DNA of 64,000 nt from Candidatus Altimarinota bacterium (GTDB taxonomy: Bacteria > Patescibacteriota > Gracilibacteria > CAIRYL01 > GCA-016699755), in assembly GCA_963664295.1 (NCBI GenBank), contig OY760935.1, positions 864,001 through 928,000 of the forward strand. The letters are read 5' to 3'. Position 1 is the first letter of the stretch; each line of letters begins with the position of its first letter. The translations under genes and the position numbers were made by a program. The notes below the pieces were generated by a model. The model ran no database searches and was not told the DNA's origin. It saw only the letters and a list, made by a program, of their open reading frames with translations. Positions 10,201 to 18,604 of the stretch are shown here, piece after piece.

Positions 10201-10955
10201 TTAAAACCTTGCTCATTAACTTGCAAATAATGATCTCTCTCGTCTTGAGCAATAATGGCTTTCGTACCATCATAACCAACAGAAAAACTTGTGCCATCAG
10301 CTACATTTGAGACAGATTGCTTCATTCTTGCGCCATACATATACCACCTTTCGGATTCCTTTGCCATTGCATACACTTTTCCATTGTTGATTTGTATACT
10401 ATTCAGATCAACTGAATCCCACTCACAAACTCCTTCTTCTGTTAACAAAAGACCATCACGTATAACAGCCCCCACTGTACCATCAGAGCCAACGGTAATA
10501 CTTTCTGGCTTAAAGCCAGATTCTTTAGAAAAAACTTCATTATTTACTACTAATTTATCGTCTATCAATGCTGCTACTGTGCCATCAGCACCAACTTTAA
10601 TACTATCCGGATTAACTTCGCCCTTCCATCTTTTACCATTAACCCATAATTGCTTCTTCGATGGAGCATCTGCTTTTTGAAAATATGTTAATGGGTTTTT
10701 ATCAACTGCTGCTGCCACTGTGCCATCAGGGCTAAGGCGTATATTTTTTGCAAAACCGCCTCCTAAAAGTTTCCAAGTTTTATCACCAAGAGATATTTTT
10801 CCATAACCAACATCAACTGGCTTAATCCACTCAGTTACACAACTCTGCTGTTCCTCTAAACTTGATAATTGTTTTTGCAAATCTTCTAATGAAGGTTCTT
10901 TTTTGGAAAAATTAAAATGTTTACCCAATTTTTGCCCTAAATCATTTAATTTCAT
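7227..10955 (-). CDS. Large MoxR/AAA_5 (dynein-related) AAA+ ATPase with N-terminal beta-repeat region and long coiled coil
   Basis: Walker A GDTGTGKD, Walker B variant LYFNEYN, sensor-1 ITGSMN, Arg finger KGRVD, C-terminal MSTRE; N-terminal (P)xSIxVGxDGTV repeats; K/E/Q-rich helical middle. Confidence 0.8.
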   Translation of the reverse strand: MKLNDLGQKLGKHFNFSKKEPSLEDLQKQLSSLEEQQSCVTEWIKPVDVGYGKISLGDKTWKLLGGGFAKNIRLSPDGTVAAAVDKNPLTYFQKADAPSKKQLWVNGKRWKGEVNPDSIKVGADGTVAALIDDKLVVNNEVFSKESGFKPESITVGSDGTVGAVIRDGLLLTEEGVCEWDSVDLNSIQINNGKVYAMAKESERWYMYGARMKQSVSNVADGTSFSVGYDGTKAIIAQDERDHYLQVNEQGFNFPLDDYKPESLYVFNRNNIFLIKNDGTWMRFDFDNPYDGLRPCNFGMSGGEKILSVNRTVILTEEASGQKRLFIKGNVDMPNFEPWKEGERQHMKECDLKFINSDTLQVSYTPQHDEYPKLARIKIFCDSGEQRKKVIQATKAKIASMEEAKKVASLFGQESTLQGGDQSPEELDQLDPQNQKIQQKILKKLQKQINKAASTEDIQELRMALEQERLAMVSKVGTKLANELVGLATQAIASKEEDIQVAKIYENVDDIRGQLDNISNLDGITSAQSELTQMAETLKKVSLDKRKPKKDKEIGKLQDKLAKKMKDYLKVDNEQLFEDLGERKGKILAKIRTIETSEDLQAFQEEDPDYNGLLELLKSDSVARRIPRDHELSEAHIRADIVSALKSRAGVISQKEAQKKVQARQELEKRMQQINDAIDFMLTGIESVQNLEERVLSRKKSYQRIIADIEALPPRAQERKKLYLKDRIRARKREVNQEFLKFKGELSFLQNDPDLYFEDARVKTRRVNWKLEPEIQGDQVFLSFRDNGKRKITPSDRHILESDFAYQVSQENYSKLLVAYKKYLQKTPKELIALRKELQEEDSKISDIEKKAIYLASVYKKLGVFNGHRERNVPTLNEHYVYTDRVKDDLKKAALFLKMQLKSGKGMLIFEGDTGTGKDFLLDILLAETNRELFAFDCSKWTEISDATYSFEFDGKTIKVPSAVVQALETPGACLYFNEYNTLSEDMVKFFNALLSHRRTITTSDGKTIKADPSVIITGSMNARKGYKGVRQLSPDAKGRVDYVTVDYPPAKMSMADLSRQKDDRNLTVRDIAKDILHLEGLNNVGSNVGKAEMIAKSILELIMLSKPETQEEKEILKMEVIGAIDGNRGGEGNLYSSEEAMMVYRNVDVLRDLTQSEFQDLWNVVINQQEAKLIKTQEIQGDLSVFNKAETALLSILIFVKAANIARLKFSQSQSGESDEIIDFIMSTREVDRCATVLDLVV

Positions 10956-11025
10956 TTTGTTTTTTAAAATTTTTGTTTTTATTTTTTAAATATTATATAA
11001 TTATACAATATTAATATATAATTTT

Positions 11026-13893
11026 CTAGTCATTATTAATGCGTAATTTTCTAGTCATTTTATTAATTGATACTCTTAGTACTGTGAAAGCTTCTTTGAG
11101 CAACGAGCTATAATCATCAACAACGACTGTGCCTTTTCCTCTTTCTCCAAAATATTGCTCCATTGGTGTTATTTGATCTATTTCATGCTGACTTGCACCT
11201 TGCAACCCTCGCAAGAAAAAGCCCATTGCTAAATGTTTTGAACGAACTCCTTCGCCATTATATTCATTCCAGCCATTTATAAATCTTGTTAATTTATCAT
11301 CTTGCAACGCGCCAAAAGTTTCTCCATCTGAGATTGCAAAAAGCGCACTCATGTAATCTGGGTAATTTTTTTTATGCTCATTTAAATCATTGTTCATTTG
11401 CCATATTGCTTCTCCCATGTCAGTGCCCCCGCGACCAGTATAAACAACTTTATTGTTTCTGATTGAAGTTAACATTTTCATAAGCTCATATTTCATTCTT
11501 GGTTGTTCGCTAAACTGCTTTCCAAATTTCACCACCTTCTCTGTGTAGTCATCAAAAAGATAAATTGCTAAATCAACGTCAAATTTCTCTAGACCAAGAG
11601 CGAACAATAATAATGTTTTTAGGCTTTCTTTCAGCTTATCCCCACACATGGACATAGATATGTCTAAAAGAAAACCAACCATCATTCTTGCTTCGCTACT
11701 TTCTTTAATTTCACGAGATTTAATAACTTTACCTTGTAATCTTTTATCATATTTTCCCAGTGCTCTTACATCTAACTTGCTCCCTGATCTTCTGTTTATA
11801 TTTCCATATTGAATACTTGTTTTTTTGGGCAAAATTCTTTCCATCATTCGTGTAAATTTAACAATATCAGGTTTAACCTCCTGCAATAAAGTGTTGTATT
11901 CATCAAACAAAATTTCTTCTTCTATTGTTGGCTGTTCTTGGTCACCTTCTATAAAACCATTATTTTTCATGTTTTTAATCTTATTCGCTCTTTCTTTTTC
12001 TAATTGTTCTCTTCTTGCTTTTGCTTTTTCTTCAATTTCATCTTTGTGTTGCCATGGCATATCTTCATTTTTTAATAAATCATCTATTTGATCAGGTCGT
12101 TTTGCCTGGTCAATTTGATCTCTTAATTCTTCCTTTCTTCTTTCATCCACCTTTTCTTGTCTTTCAAATTCATCAATTTCTTCTTTTGCTTTTTCAGCAT
12201 CACTACTCATAGCTGTATTGAGATCGGGTCGATATTCGCCATTTTTGCCTTTTTTCATTTGCATAATACTTGGCATATCTTCATTAAGCTGCTCTGATTG
12301 CTCTCCATCTAACTCTGCACGAGCTTTTTCTGCAAGTTCTTTTTTTTCTTTATCTGATAATCCATCTATAGCCTCTTTTATCTTTTGTTTTAAGTCATCA
12401 GGAATCTGATTAATATCAATTGGCTTATTTTTCATTGCTTCCCCAATTTTTACCTGAGTGTCTTTTGATATATCTTCCAGCTCTTCTCCTTTGTCTTGTT
12501 TTTCTTCTTGATTTTCTCCACCTTGTTCACCAGAACCTGATTCTTTGTCTTGATTGCCTGCATCAGGTGTTTCATTTCCTAATTCTTTGTCTTGATCTGC
12601 ATGATTTTCATCTTCTTGTCCTACTGAACCCTTACTTGCTTCTCCTTCTTCATTTTGACCACCTTCTTGATTTTCACCCTCTTGTTCGTCTGAGTCTGAT
12701 TCTTGATCTTGATTGCTTTGTTCTCCTGAAGCTGGTTTTCGCTCTCCATCTTCTTGGCCCTCTGATCCTTCTTTTTGATCTGTCTTCTTATCTTCGTCCT
12801 GCGTTTGTTCTTCTTTTGCTCCTGACTGATCTTGATTTTCCTGACTCTGTCCACCTGGCGAAGATGATTCTCCTTCCTGACTTTCCTCTTGTTGCCCCGA
12901 CCGTGGCTGATTTTGTCTTTCTATTTCTTTTTTTATTTGATCTTGTAAGTCAGGTGGCAAATTATTAAATGGACTTGAGTTATCACCTTGACCACTTGCT
13001 TGTGCTTGATCCATAAGATTTTCTATTTCTTTATCTTGAACTGCTTGTTGTTCTAGCACTTTATATTCTGGCCATATTTGCTTAGTTAATATAATATTTG
13101 CTTCTTCTGCATTTGACACAAAATATTGTGCAACTGCTGGCTCTATTTTATTAAACACTTTTTGCACATCTGGTGATAATGACTTCCTTGCTTCTTCAAA
13201 CTCTTTCTCGCTCATCATTCCCAAAAAATCTTTTACCATTTTTAATTTTACAAGTAAGGCAATTTGTCTAGTAACTGGGTTTTTATGCCAACGTTCTACT
13301 GAGCCTATGTAATCTTCATGAAGCTTTATTTGCTTTCTTCTTTTAATTTCAGACTCACCAACTCCTAAATAAGTTATCCTACCATCTGCAAGTCCATTTG
13401 CAATCAATCCCATACTGGAAGGCAAATAACCTTCGTCCATAGCTTGGCGCATGTTTTGAAAACCATACTTATAGTTATCATGAACAGCATGCCAAGTTTC
13501 ATGATCAAGAGTTGCCATTAATACATCTTCTTCTGTTTCTGCTATTTGATCTTCCACATAAAAAATAGTCTGTGGCTTAAAAAGTGCATCATTAACATGA
13601 TCCAATGAATCAGTCTCTTTTGTTTCTAAAAACCTAACAAGTTCACCATGTAAGTATTCATCTTTTGATCCATCAAAAGAACATTTCCAAGCTTGCTCAG
13701 GATCATTTTTTGGCAGAGGCAAAACCTCAATTCCATATTGAGCATAGTATTTTGCAATAAAAGATATTGCCTTTTTTAAGCGATAAATTTCTTCTTTGGT
13801 TTTTGGTGCTTTTTTTTCGGGCGCTTGAGGCTTTTTTATGCTTTCCTGTTGTTTTTCCGGCAATGAATTAGGCTGATTAGAATATAATCCCAT
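11026..13893 (-). CDS. vWA (MIDAS) domain protein with N-terminal HExxH motif and long D/E/Q-rich linker (CobT/NorD/CbbO-like AAA+ partner)
   Basis: HETWH motif, low-complexity Q/E/D/G linker, SGSKLD pre-vWA motif, LLDISMSM MIDAS, GGTDM, ISDGE. Confidence 0.8.
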   Translation of the reverse strand: MGLYSNQPNSLPEKQQESIKKPQAPEKKAPKTKEEIYRLKKAISFIAKYYAQYGIEVLPLPKNDPEQAWKCSFDGSKDEYLHGELVRFLETKETDSLDHVNDALFKPQTIFYVEDQIAETEEDVLMATLDHETWHAVHDNYKYGFQNMRQAMDEGYLPSSMGLIANGLADGRITYLGVGESEIKRRKQIKLHEDYIGSVERWHKNPVTRQIALLVKLKMVKDFLGMMSEKEFEEARKSLSPDVQKVFNKIEPAVAQYFVSNAEEANIILTKQIWPEYKVLEQQAVQDKEIENLMDQAQASGQGDNSSPFNNLPPDLQDQIKKEIERQNQPRSGQQEESQEGESSSPGGQSQENQDQSGAKEEQTQDEDKKTDQKEGSEGQEDGERKPASGEQSNQDQESDSDEQEGENQEGGQNEEGEASKGSVGQEDENHADQDKELGNETPDAGNQDKESGSGEQGGENQEEKQDKGEELEDISKDTQVKIGEAMKNKPIDINQIPDDLKQKIKEAIDGLSDKEKKELAEKARAELDGEQSEQLNEDMPSIMQMKKGKNGEYRPDLNTAMSSDAEKAKEEIDEFERQEKVDERRKEELRDQIDQAKRPDQIDDLLKNEDMPWQHKDEIEEKAKARREQLEKERANKIKNMKNNGFIEGDQEQPTIEEEILFDEYNTLLQEVKPDIVKFTRMMERILPKKTSIQYGNINRRSGSKLDVRALGKYDKRLQGKVIKSREIKESSEARMMVGFLLDISMSMCGDKLKESLKTLLLFALGLEKFDVDLAIYLFDDYTEKVVKFGKQFSEQPRMKYELMKMLTSIRNNKVVYTGRGGTDMGEAIWQMNNDLNEHKKNYPDYMSALFAISDGETFGALQDDKLTRFINGWNEYNGEGVRSKHLAMGFFLRGLQGASQHEIDQITPMEQYFGERGKGTVVVDDYSSLLKEAFTVLRVSINKMTRKLRINND

Positions 13894-13917
13894 TTATTAT
13901 TTATTTTAAATCTTAAT

Positions 13918-13946
13918 ATTATAACATAAAAAATAAATAATAGCAA
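13918..13946 (-). promoter_or_regulatory. Putative sigma70 promoter of the vWA-AAA operon
   Basis: Minus strand TTGCTA-17 nt-TATAAT with TGn extended -10, 24 nt upstream of ATG at 13893. Confidence 0.55.
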
Positions 13947-14001
13947 ATCTATAAATTCACCAAATATAATAAAACAAATAGGTAAAATTTTAATCCAATT
14001 T

Positions 14002-14056
14002 TTAAACAAAAGGATTATAAGCCCACTGTAACAAGGCTTGTCTTTGTTTTTTGCGA
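14002..14056. repeat. 55-bp direct repeat, copy 2 (last 55 nt of the 14002-14562 CDS)
   Basis: Identical to 7093-7147; boundary coincides exactly with the TAA stop codon. Confidence 0.95.
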
Positions 14057-14562
14057 CAATCTAAGTCGCCTGCAAAACAATGTTTTTTGACTTGTGCTTG
14101 GTGTCTTTTAAATGCTCGCCAGCGTTTTATTTGCCTTTGATCTAGTTCTTGGTCACGCCTGCCAAGATAATAACGGCAATACCACTGAAACCAACCTCTT
14201 ACGTCAGGATCATTTGGCAATATCCAGCCTTTTTCTCGCCAAATTTGTAATGACTGACGGGATTTTATCTTAAAAAAATTTTTGCTGACATCTGGTTTTT
14301 GAGAAGAAAGGCTTTTTATGGCTTGTTCATACCACTCTTTTGGTAATTCTCTTGTGCAATCATTGAGATATTTTCCCTCAAATACGCCCATTTTTAACAT
14401 TTCTGCTGGGCTTAACTCTGGTCTAAAATTTGGATCAAAAATTTTTCCCACTGGCGCACTCAAAATATAATGATAATTTTTTTGCATTAAATCATTAGCA
14501 ACAATCTTGTCACCGATTTTGTAGTCTTTTTGGCTTTTTGCTTTGGCAAGATTAATTGTCAT
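14002..14562 (-). CDS. Conserved hypothetical protein (GWFQWYCRYY-GRR motif family)
   Basis: P-L-P-EML--GVFEGKY, SRQSLQIWREKGWI, DVRGWFQWYCRYYLGRR, RQIKRW, RQALLQWAY; recognised as a widespread uncharacterised family. Confidence 0.85.
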   Translation of the reverse strand: MTINLAKAKSQKDYKIGDKIVANDLMQKNYHYILSAPVGKIFDPNFRPELSPAEMLKMGVFEGKYLNDCTRELPKEWYEQAIKSLSSQKPDVSKNFFKIKSRQSLQIWREKGWILPNDPDVRGWFQWYCRYYLGRRDQELDQRQIKRWRAFKRHQAQVKKHCFAGDLDCRKKQRQALLQWAYNPFV

Positions 14563-14680
14563 TTTGCTTATTAGGCTAATTTTATTATATATTTTTTTTA
14601 ATTTATTTAAACCTGTTCAATAAACCTTGTTTAAGGTAAAATTTTCAAGCACAATTTATACATAATTATTTTACCTAAAT

Positions 14681-16990
14681 ATGGCAGAACAAAGCTTAGA
14701 CATGAGCACAATGCAAGATGCTGATATTGCTAAATTTCTCAAAGATAACCAAATTGGTCTTACTGTTTCTGAGGCTCGTAAAATTCAAGATGAAATCTTA
14801 AATCGCCCACCTACTATGACCGAATTGGTTGTTTGGGGTATTCAGGGATCTGAACATTCTAGTTATAAATCGAGTAAAAAATATTTAAAAAATCTGCTTA
14901 CTGAAGGCGAAAATGTAATTCTTGGCCCTTCGGAGGATAGCGGTATTATTAAATTTTGTGAGGCTGGCGGAAAAACTTTTGGACTTGTTTTGTCGCATGA
15001 AAGTCATAATCACCCTTCGCAAGTTGTGCCTTATGAAGGTGCGGCTACTGGCGTTGGTGGTATTGTGCGTGATATTGCTTGTATGGGTGCTAAGGTGATT
15101 GGCTGTGCGGACATGCTTCGCTTTGGTGATATAAATCGCAATGAAACTAAGCTTATTGCTAGTGGTGTAATTGAGGGAATTGCTGGTTATGGCAATCCTC
15201 TTGGTGTTCCTAATCTTGGTGGTGATTGTTTTTTTCATTCTAGTTTTAATGAAAATTGTCTTGTTAATGTTGGCTCTGTGGGCTTAATTGAGGCTGATAA
15301 AATTCTTCATTCTTATGTGCCTGCTGATGCCAAAAATGAGGAATATGAATTTATTTTAGTTGGTAAACCAACTGATCGTAGTGGTTTTGGTGGTGCTAGT
15401 TTTGCTTCTGCTGTGCTTGACGAAAAAGACAAAGAACAAAACAAAGGTGCTGTTCAAGAGCCTAATCCTTTTCTTGAGCGTCATCTTTTGGCTAGTTTTT
15501 ATGATTTATTTAAAATTCTTGATCAAGAAAATTTACTTCCAAAAATAGGATTTAAAGACCTTGGCGCTGGTGGGGTGCTTTGCGCTACTGTTGAGCTAGC
15601 GGAAAGCGCTGGTTTTGGCGCAGAGGTTTTTGTGGAAAATATTCATGTAGCAGAAGAAAACCTTCCTCCTGCGGTTGTGCTTTGCTCAGAAACACAAGAG
15701 AGATTTTGTTTTGCTGTACCAAAAACTTTAACTACTTTGTTTTTGGATCATTTTAATAAAAAATGGGCTTTGCCTGATGTTTCTGCTGGTGCAATGGCGA
15801 GTGTTGTTGGTCATGTACGTCAAGATGGCATTTATCGAGCTACTCTTAATGGTGAAGTTGTTTGCAATGCCCCTGCTAGTAGTATTACTGAAGGACTTAC
15901 TGTTGATCGCCCATTCCAAAAACCTACCAAAGAATTGAAAGAACTTGTGATTGATTTTTCTATAATTGATTATGATCAACTTTTAAAAGAGTTGTTGGGC
16001 AGAGAAAATCTTTGTTCTTTGGAGAGAATTTATGAAAATTACGACCAAACTGTGCAGGGGAATGCAGTTTTGGAGCGTTGGCAAGCTGAAGCTAGTGTTT
16101 GTGCTCCGCTTCGAGACAGAGAAGATTTAACAGAAATAGAAAAGAAAAATGCTTTTGCTGTAGGCATTGGTGGCAATGCGCTTATTGGTGAAATTTCTCC
16201 TTATTGGCAAGGTGTTTATGCTGTGCTAAATGCTATTCAAAAATCTGCATCAGTTGGAGCAAAAACAATTGGTCTTACTGATTGTCTTTGTTATGGCAGT
16301 CCGGAAGTTCCAGAAGAAATGTGGGAATTTGTTGAGGGCATTCGCGGTGTTAGTGAAACATCCAAGGAATTTAATACGCCTTTTGTAAGTGGCAATGTTT
16401 CTCTTTATAATCGGGGAATGAAAGGCTCAGTTAATCCTTGTGTCACTATTTGTGCTTTTGCAACAATGGACAATCAAGACAATGCCAAAAAAAATAGCTT
16501 TCAAGAAGAAGGTAATGCGATTTATATTATTGGAGAAAGGCCTGTTGAGCTTGGCGGAAGTGAATTTACTGCTCATCTGGAACAACTTGGCAACAAAACT
16601 CCTGCTTTAAATTTTGAACAAGCTCAAAAAATTACTAATTTTGTTATTGAGGCTAATCCTATTATAAAAAGCTCATCTGTTATTAAAGAGGGTGGTCTTT
16701 TGGTTAATCTTGCAACAATGGCAATCAGGGCAAAAAAAGGTTTTGATGTCGATTTATCTGAATTTATACCTGAACAATTATTCTCTGAATTTAATGGATT
16801 TATTGTTGAAATTGCCAATACTGAAGAATTTGAAAATCTTGCTCAAAAAAAAGGCGTAAAAGTGCAAAAAATCGGCACAATCCAAGGAGATAAAATGCAG
16901 GGAAAAATGCCTTTAGAAAAAGAATTAAATCTTGATCTAAAAGAGGCAGAAAAAATCTGGAAAAACGCACTTAGAAAAAAATTAGGCTAA
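14681..16990 (+). CDS. purL: Phosphoribosylformylglycinamidine synthase subunit PurL (small type)
   Basis: SEHSSYKSS, ESHNHPS, GAATGVGGIVRDI, GYGNPLGVP, DLGAGG, SETQER, VSGNVSLYN. Confidence 0.95.
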   Translation: MAEQSLDMSTMQDADIAKFLKDNQIGLTVSEARKIQDEILNRPPTMTELVVWGIQGSEHSSYKSSKKYLKNLLTEGENVILGPSEDSGIIKFCEAGGKTFGLVLSHESHNHPSQVVPYEGAATGVGGIVRDIACMGAKVIGCADMLRFGDINRNETKLIASGVIEGIAGYGNPLGVPNLGGDCFFHSSFNENCLVNVGSVGLIEADKILHSYVPADAKNEEYEFILVGKPTDRSGFGGASFASAVLDEKDKEQNKGAVQEPNPFLERHLLASFYDLFKILDQENLLPKIGFKDLGAGGVLCATVELAESAGFGAEVFVENIHVAEENLPPAVVLCSETQERFCFAVPKTLTTLFLDHFNKKWALPDVSAGAMASVVGHVRQDGIYRATLNGEVVCNAPASSITEGLTVDRPFQKPTKELKELVIDFSIIDYDQLLKELLGRENLCSLERIYENYDQTVQGNAVLERWQAEASVCAPLRDREDLTEIEKKNAFAVGIGGNALIGEISPYWQGVYAVLNAIQKSASVGAKTIGLTDCLCYGSPEVPEEMWEFVEGIRGVSETSKEFNTPFVSGNVSLYNRGMKGSVNPCVTICAFATMDNQDNAKKNSFQEEGNAIYIIGERPVELGGSEFTAHLEQLGNKTPALNFEQAQKITNFVIEANPIIKSSSVIKEGGLLVNLATMAIRAKKGFDVDLSEFIPEQLFSEFNGFIVEIANTEEFENLAQKKGVKVQKIGTIQGDKMQGKMPLEKELNLDLKEAEKIWKNALRKKLG

Positions 16991-17758
16991 TTATTCAGAG
17001 TCTCCATTTTGATTAAGCTTACCTCTATAAATAAAACTAGTGGTTTCTCTCGGATCCAAAATATCAATACTCTCTAACTGAAACCTTATTTCCTGAACAT
17101 CAGCACCTAATTTACCAAGATTAGTAAGCTCTTGCCTTAATACATCTTGAAAATTTTTATTATTTCTTTCTTTTGCTAAGATATTAATTCCTTCTTGCGC
17201 AAGAATAATCCTTGCTTCTATTAAGCGAGGCATTGCATTGGCAACAATAGAAGTGTCAATTTGTATATCTAAATTTTTTATTAAAGCTAAAGTTGCTTGA
17301 ATTTTCAGCAAACCAACAGAAGCAATAACAACTTCTTCTTCTGGGTCTTCAATTTCTCTAAATTTTTCAAGTAAATCTTCTTGCCATTTTTCCGCCACCT
17401 TCTGCAATAAAGCAGGAACTTGCGCAAGTTCAGGAATGTCAAGATTAGCATCTTGCGCCTCTCCAAAGGGAACTTTAATTTTTTCCCAAACTTCTTGCGG
17501 AGTTAATAAATTGCCACTTTGCAATGCTTTCTTACAATTTTCTAATGCTTCTTTGCAATCTTCTTGAATTAATCTTGCCACCTCAGAGCCAGCTTGCAGT
17601 CCTTTTTCTTGATTGCCGCTTATAGCTTGCATAACCGGACTTTTTTCTACTTGCCCTCGAAACCAGCCTGCAAATTTTTGTAATGGATTGTCTTTTTCTG
17701 GATTATTTTGGCTTTTTAATCCTACTTCTTGACTTTTTTCAAGTTTATTTCCTTTCAT
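16991..17758 (-). CDS. Hypothetical protein (helical)
   Basis: 255-aa ATG ORF with a TTGACA-17-TATATT promoter-like motif upstream. Confidence 0.65.
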   Translation of the reverse strand: MKGNKLEKSQEVGLKSQNNPEKDNPLQKFAGWFRGQVEKSPVMQAISGNQEKGLQAGSEVARLIQEDCKEALENCKKALQSGNLLTPQEVWEKIKVPFGEAQDANLDIPELAQVPALLQKVAEKWQEDLLEKFREIEDPEEEVVIASVGLLKIQATLALIKNLDIQIDTSIVANAMPRLIEARIILAQEGINILAKERNNKNFQDVLRQELTNLGKLGADVQEIRFQLESIDILDPRETTSFIYRGKLNQNGDSE

Positions 17759-17780
17759 AACAAAATAAATAAGGGCAACT

Positions 17781-17809
17781 AATATAATTCCTTGTAATTA
17801 ATATGTCAA
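17781..17809 (-). promoter_or_regulatory. Putative sigma70 promoter
   Basis: Minus strand TTGACA-17 nt-TATATT upstream of 17758. Confidence 0.5.
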
Positions 17810-17811
17810 TC

Positions 17812-18477
17812 TTAAAAATTTTCAGGAGAAATAATTATTGTAAACTCCCCTTTTTGCCTTTGTTTATCCTGCTTAAGAGCTTTTTTTAATTCCCCAACTG
17901 TACCGCGCAAATATTCTTCATAAATTTTGGTTAATTCACGAGCAATACAAATTTTACGATCAGGAGTAAAAATCTCTTCTGCTTGTTCGAGAAATTTCAT
18001 AATTCTATGTGTGGATTCATAAAGCACAGCTGTATGCGATAAGTTATTTATTTTTTCTAATATCTTTTTGCGCCCTTTTTTGTGTGGCAAAAAGCCAAAA
18101 AATTCAAAATGGCTAGCAGGAAAACCAGAAGCAGAAAGAGCGGTAATCACTGCACTTGCCCCAGGCAAAGCACTCACAGAAATATTGTTTTCATAAGTCG
18201 CAGAAACCAAGCGACTACCCGGATCAGAAACACAAGGAGTGCCAGCATCTGAGCTTAATGCGATTTTTTTGCCTTCTTTTAGTAATTTAATTATTTTTTC
18301 TGGATCTGACCCAGCATGAAACGAGATTGTCGGAGTTTTTATATTAAAATGACTAAGGAGTTTTTTTGTATGACGGGTGTCCTCCGAGGCTATAAAATCA
18401 ACCTCTTGAAAAACTTTTATTGCCCTTGAAGTCAAGTCTTCAAGGTTGCCAATGGGAGTGGGTACGATATAAAGCAT
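17812..18477 (-). CDS. rsmI: 16S rRNA (cytidine1402-2'-O)-methyltransferase
   Basis: LYIVPTPIGNLED, EDTR, SDAGTP-VSDPG, GFLP, YESTHR, ARELTKIYEE, KGEF. Confidence 0.95.
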   Translation of the reverse strand: MLYIVPTPIGNLEDLTSRAIKVFQEVDFIASEDTRHTKKLLSHFNIKTPTISFHAGSDPEKIIKLLKEGKKIALSSDAGTPCVSDPGSRLVSATYENNISVSALPGASAVITALSASGFPASHFEFFGFLPHKKGRKKILEKINNLSHTAVLYESTHRIMKFLEQAEEIFTPDRKICIARELTKIYEEYLRGTVGELKKALKQDKQRQKGEFTIIISPENF

Positions 18478-18556
18478 GAACTAATTATATTTTTTTTGTT
18501 TATTTTTGTCATTATTTAAAAAATTTTATTTTTTTGTGCAAATTAACACTAAAGCC

Positions 18557-18584
18557 TTGACTTTTTACTAAAAAATATTAAAAT
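18557..18584 (+). promoter_or_regulatory. Putative sigma70 promoter
   Basis: TTGACT-16 nt-TAAAAT upstream of GTG at 18605. Confidence 0.45.
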
Positions 18585-18604
18585 ATAATACCTTAATTTT
18601 ATTT

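Larger units (their letters stand above)
7093..14056. mobile_element. Putative integrated island (about 6.9 kb) with no integrase, bounded by 55-bp direct repeats
   Basis: Exact repeats at both ends copy the 3' end of a CDS including its stop codon; cargo is two large co-oriented genes. Confidence 0.6.

Noticed and set aside
12420-12968. 182-aa Leu-rich plus-strand ORF
   Set aside because: Antisense shadow of the low-complexity linker of the vWA gene
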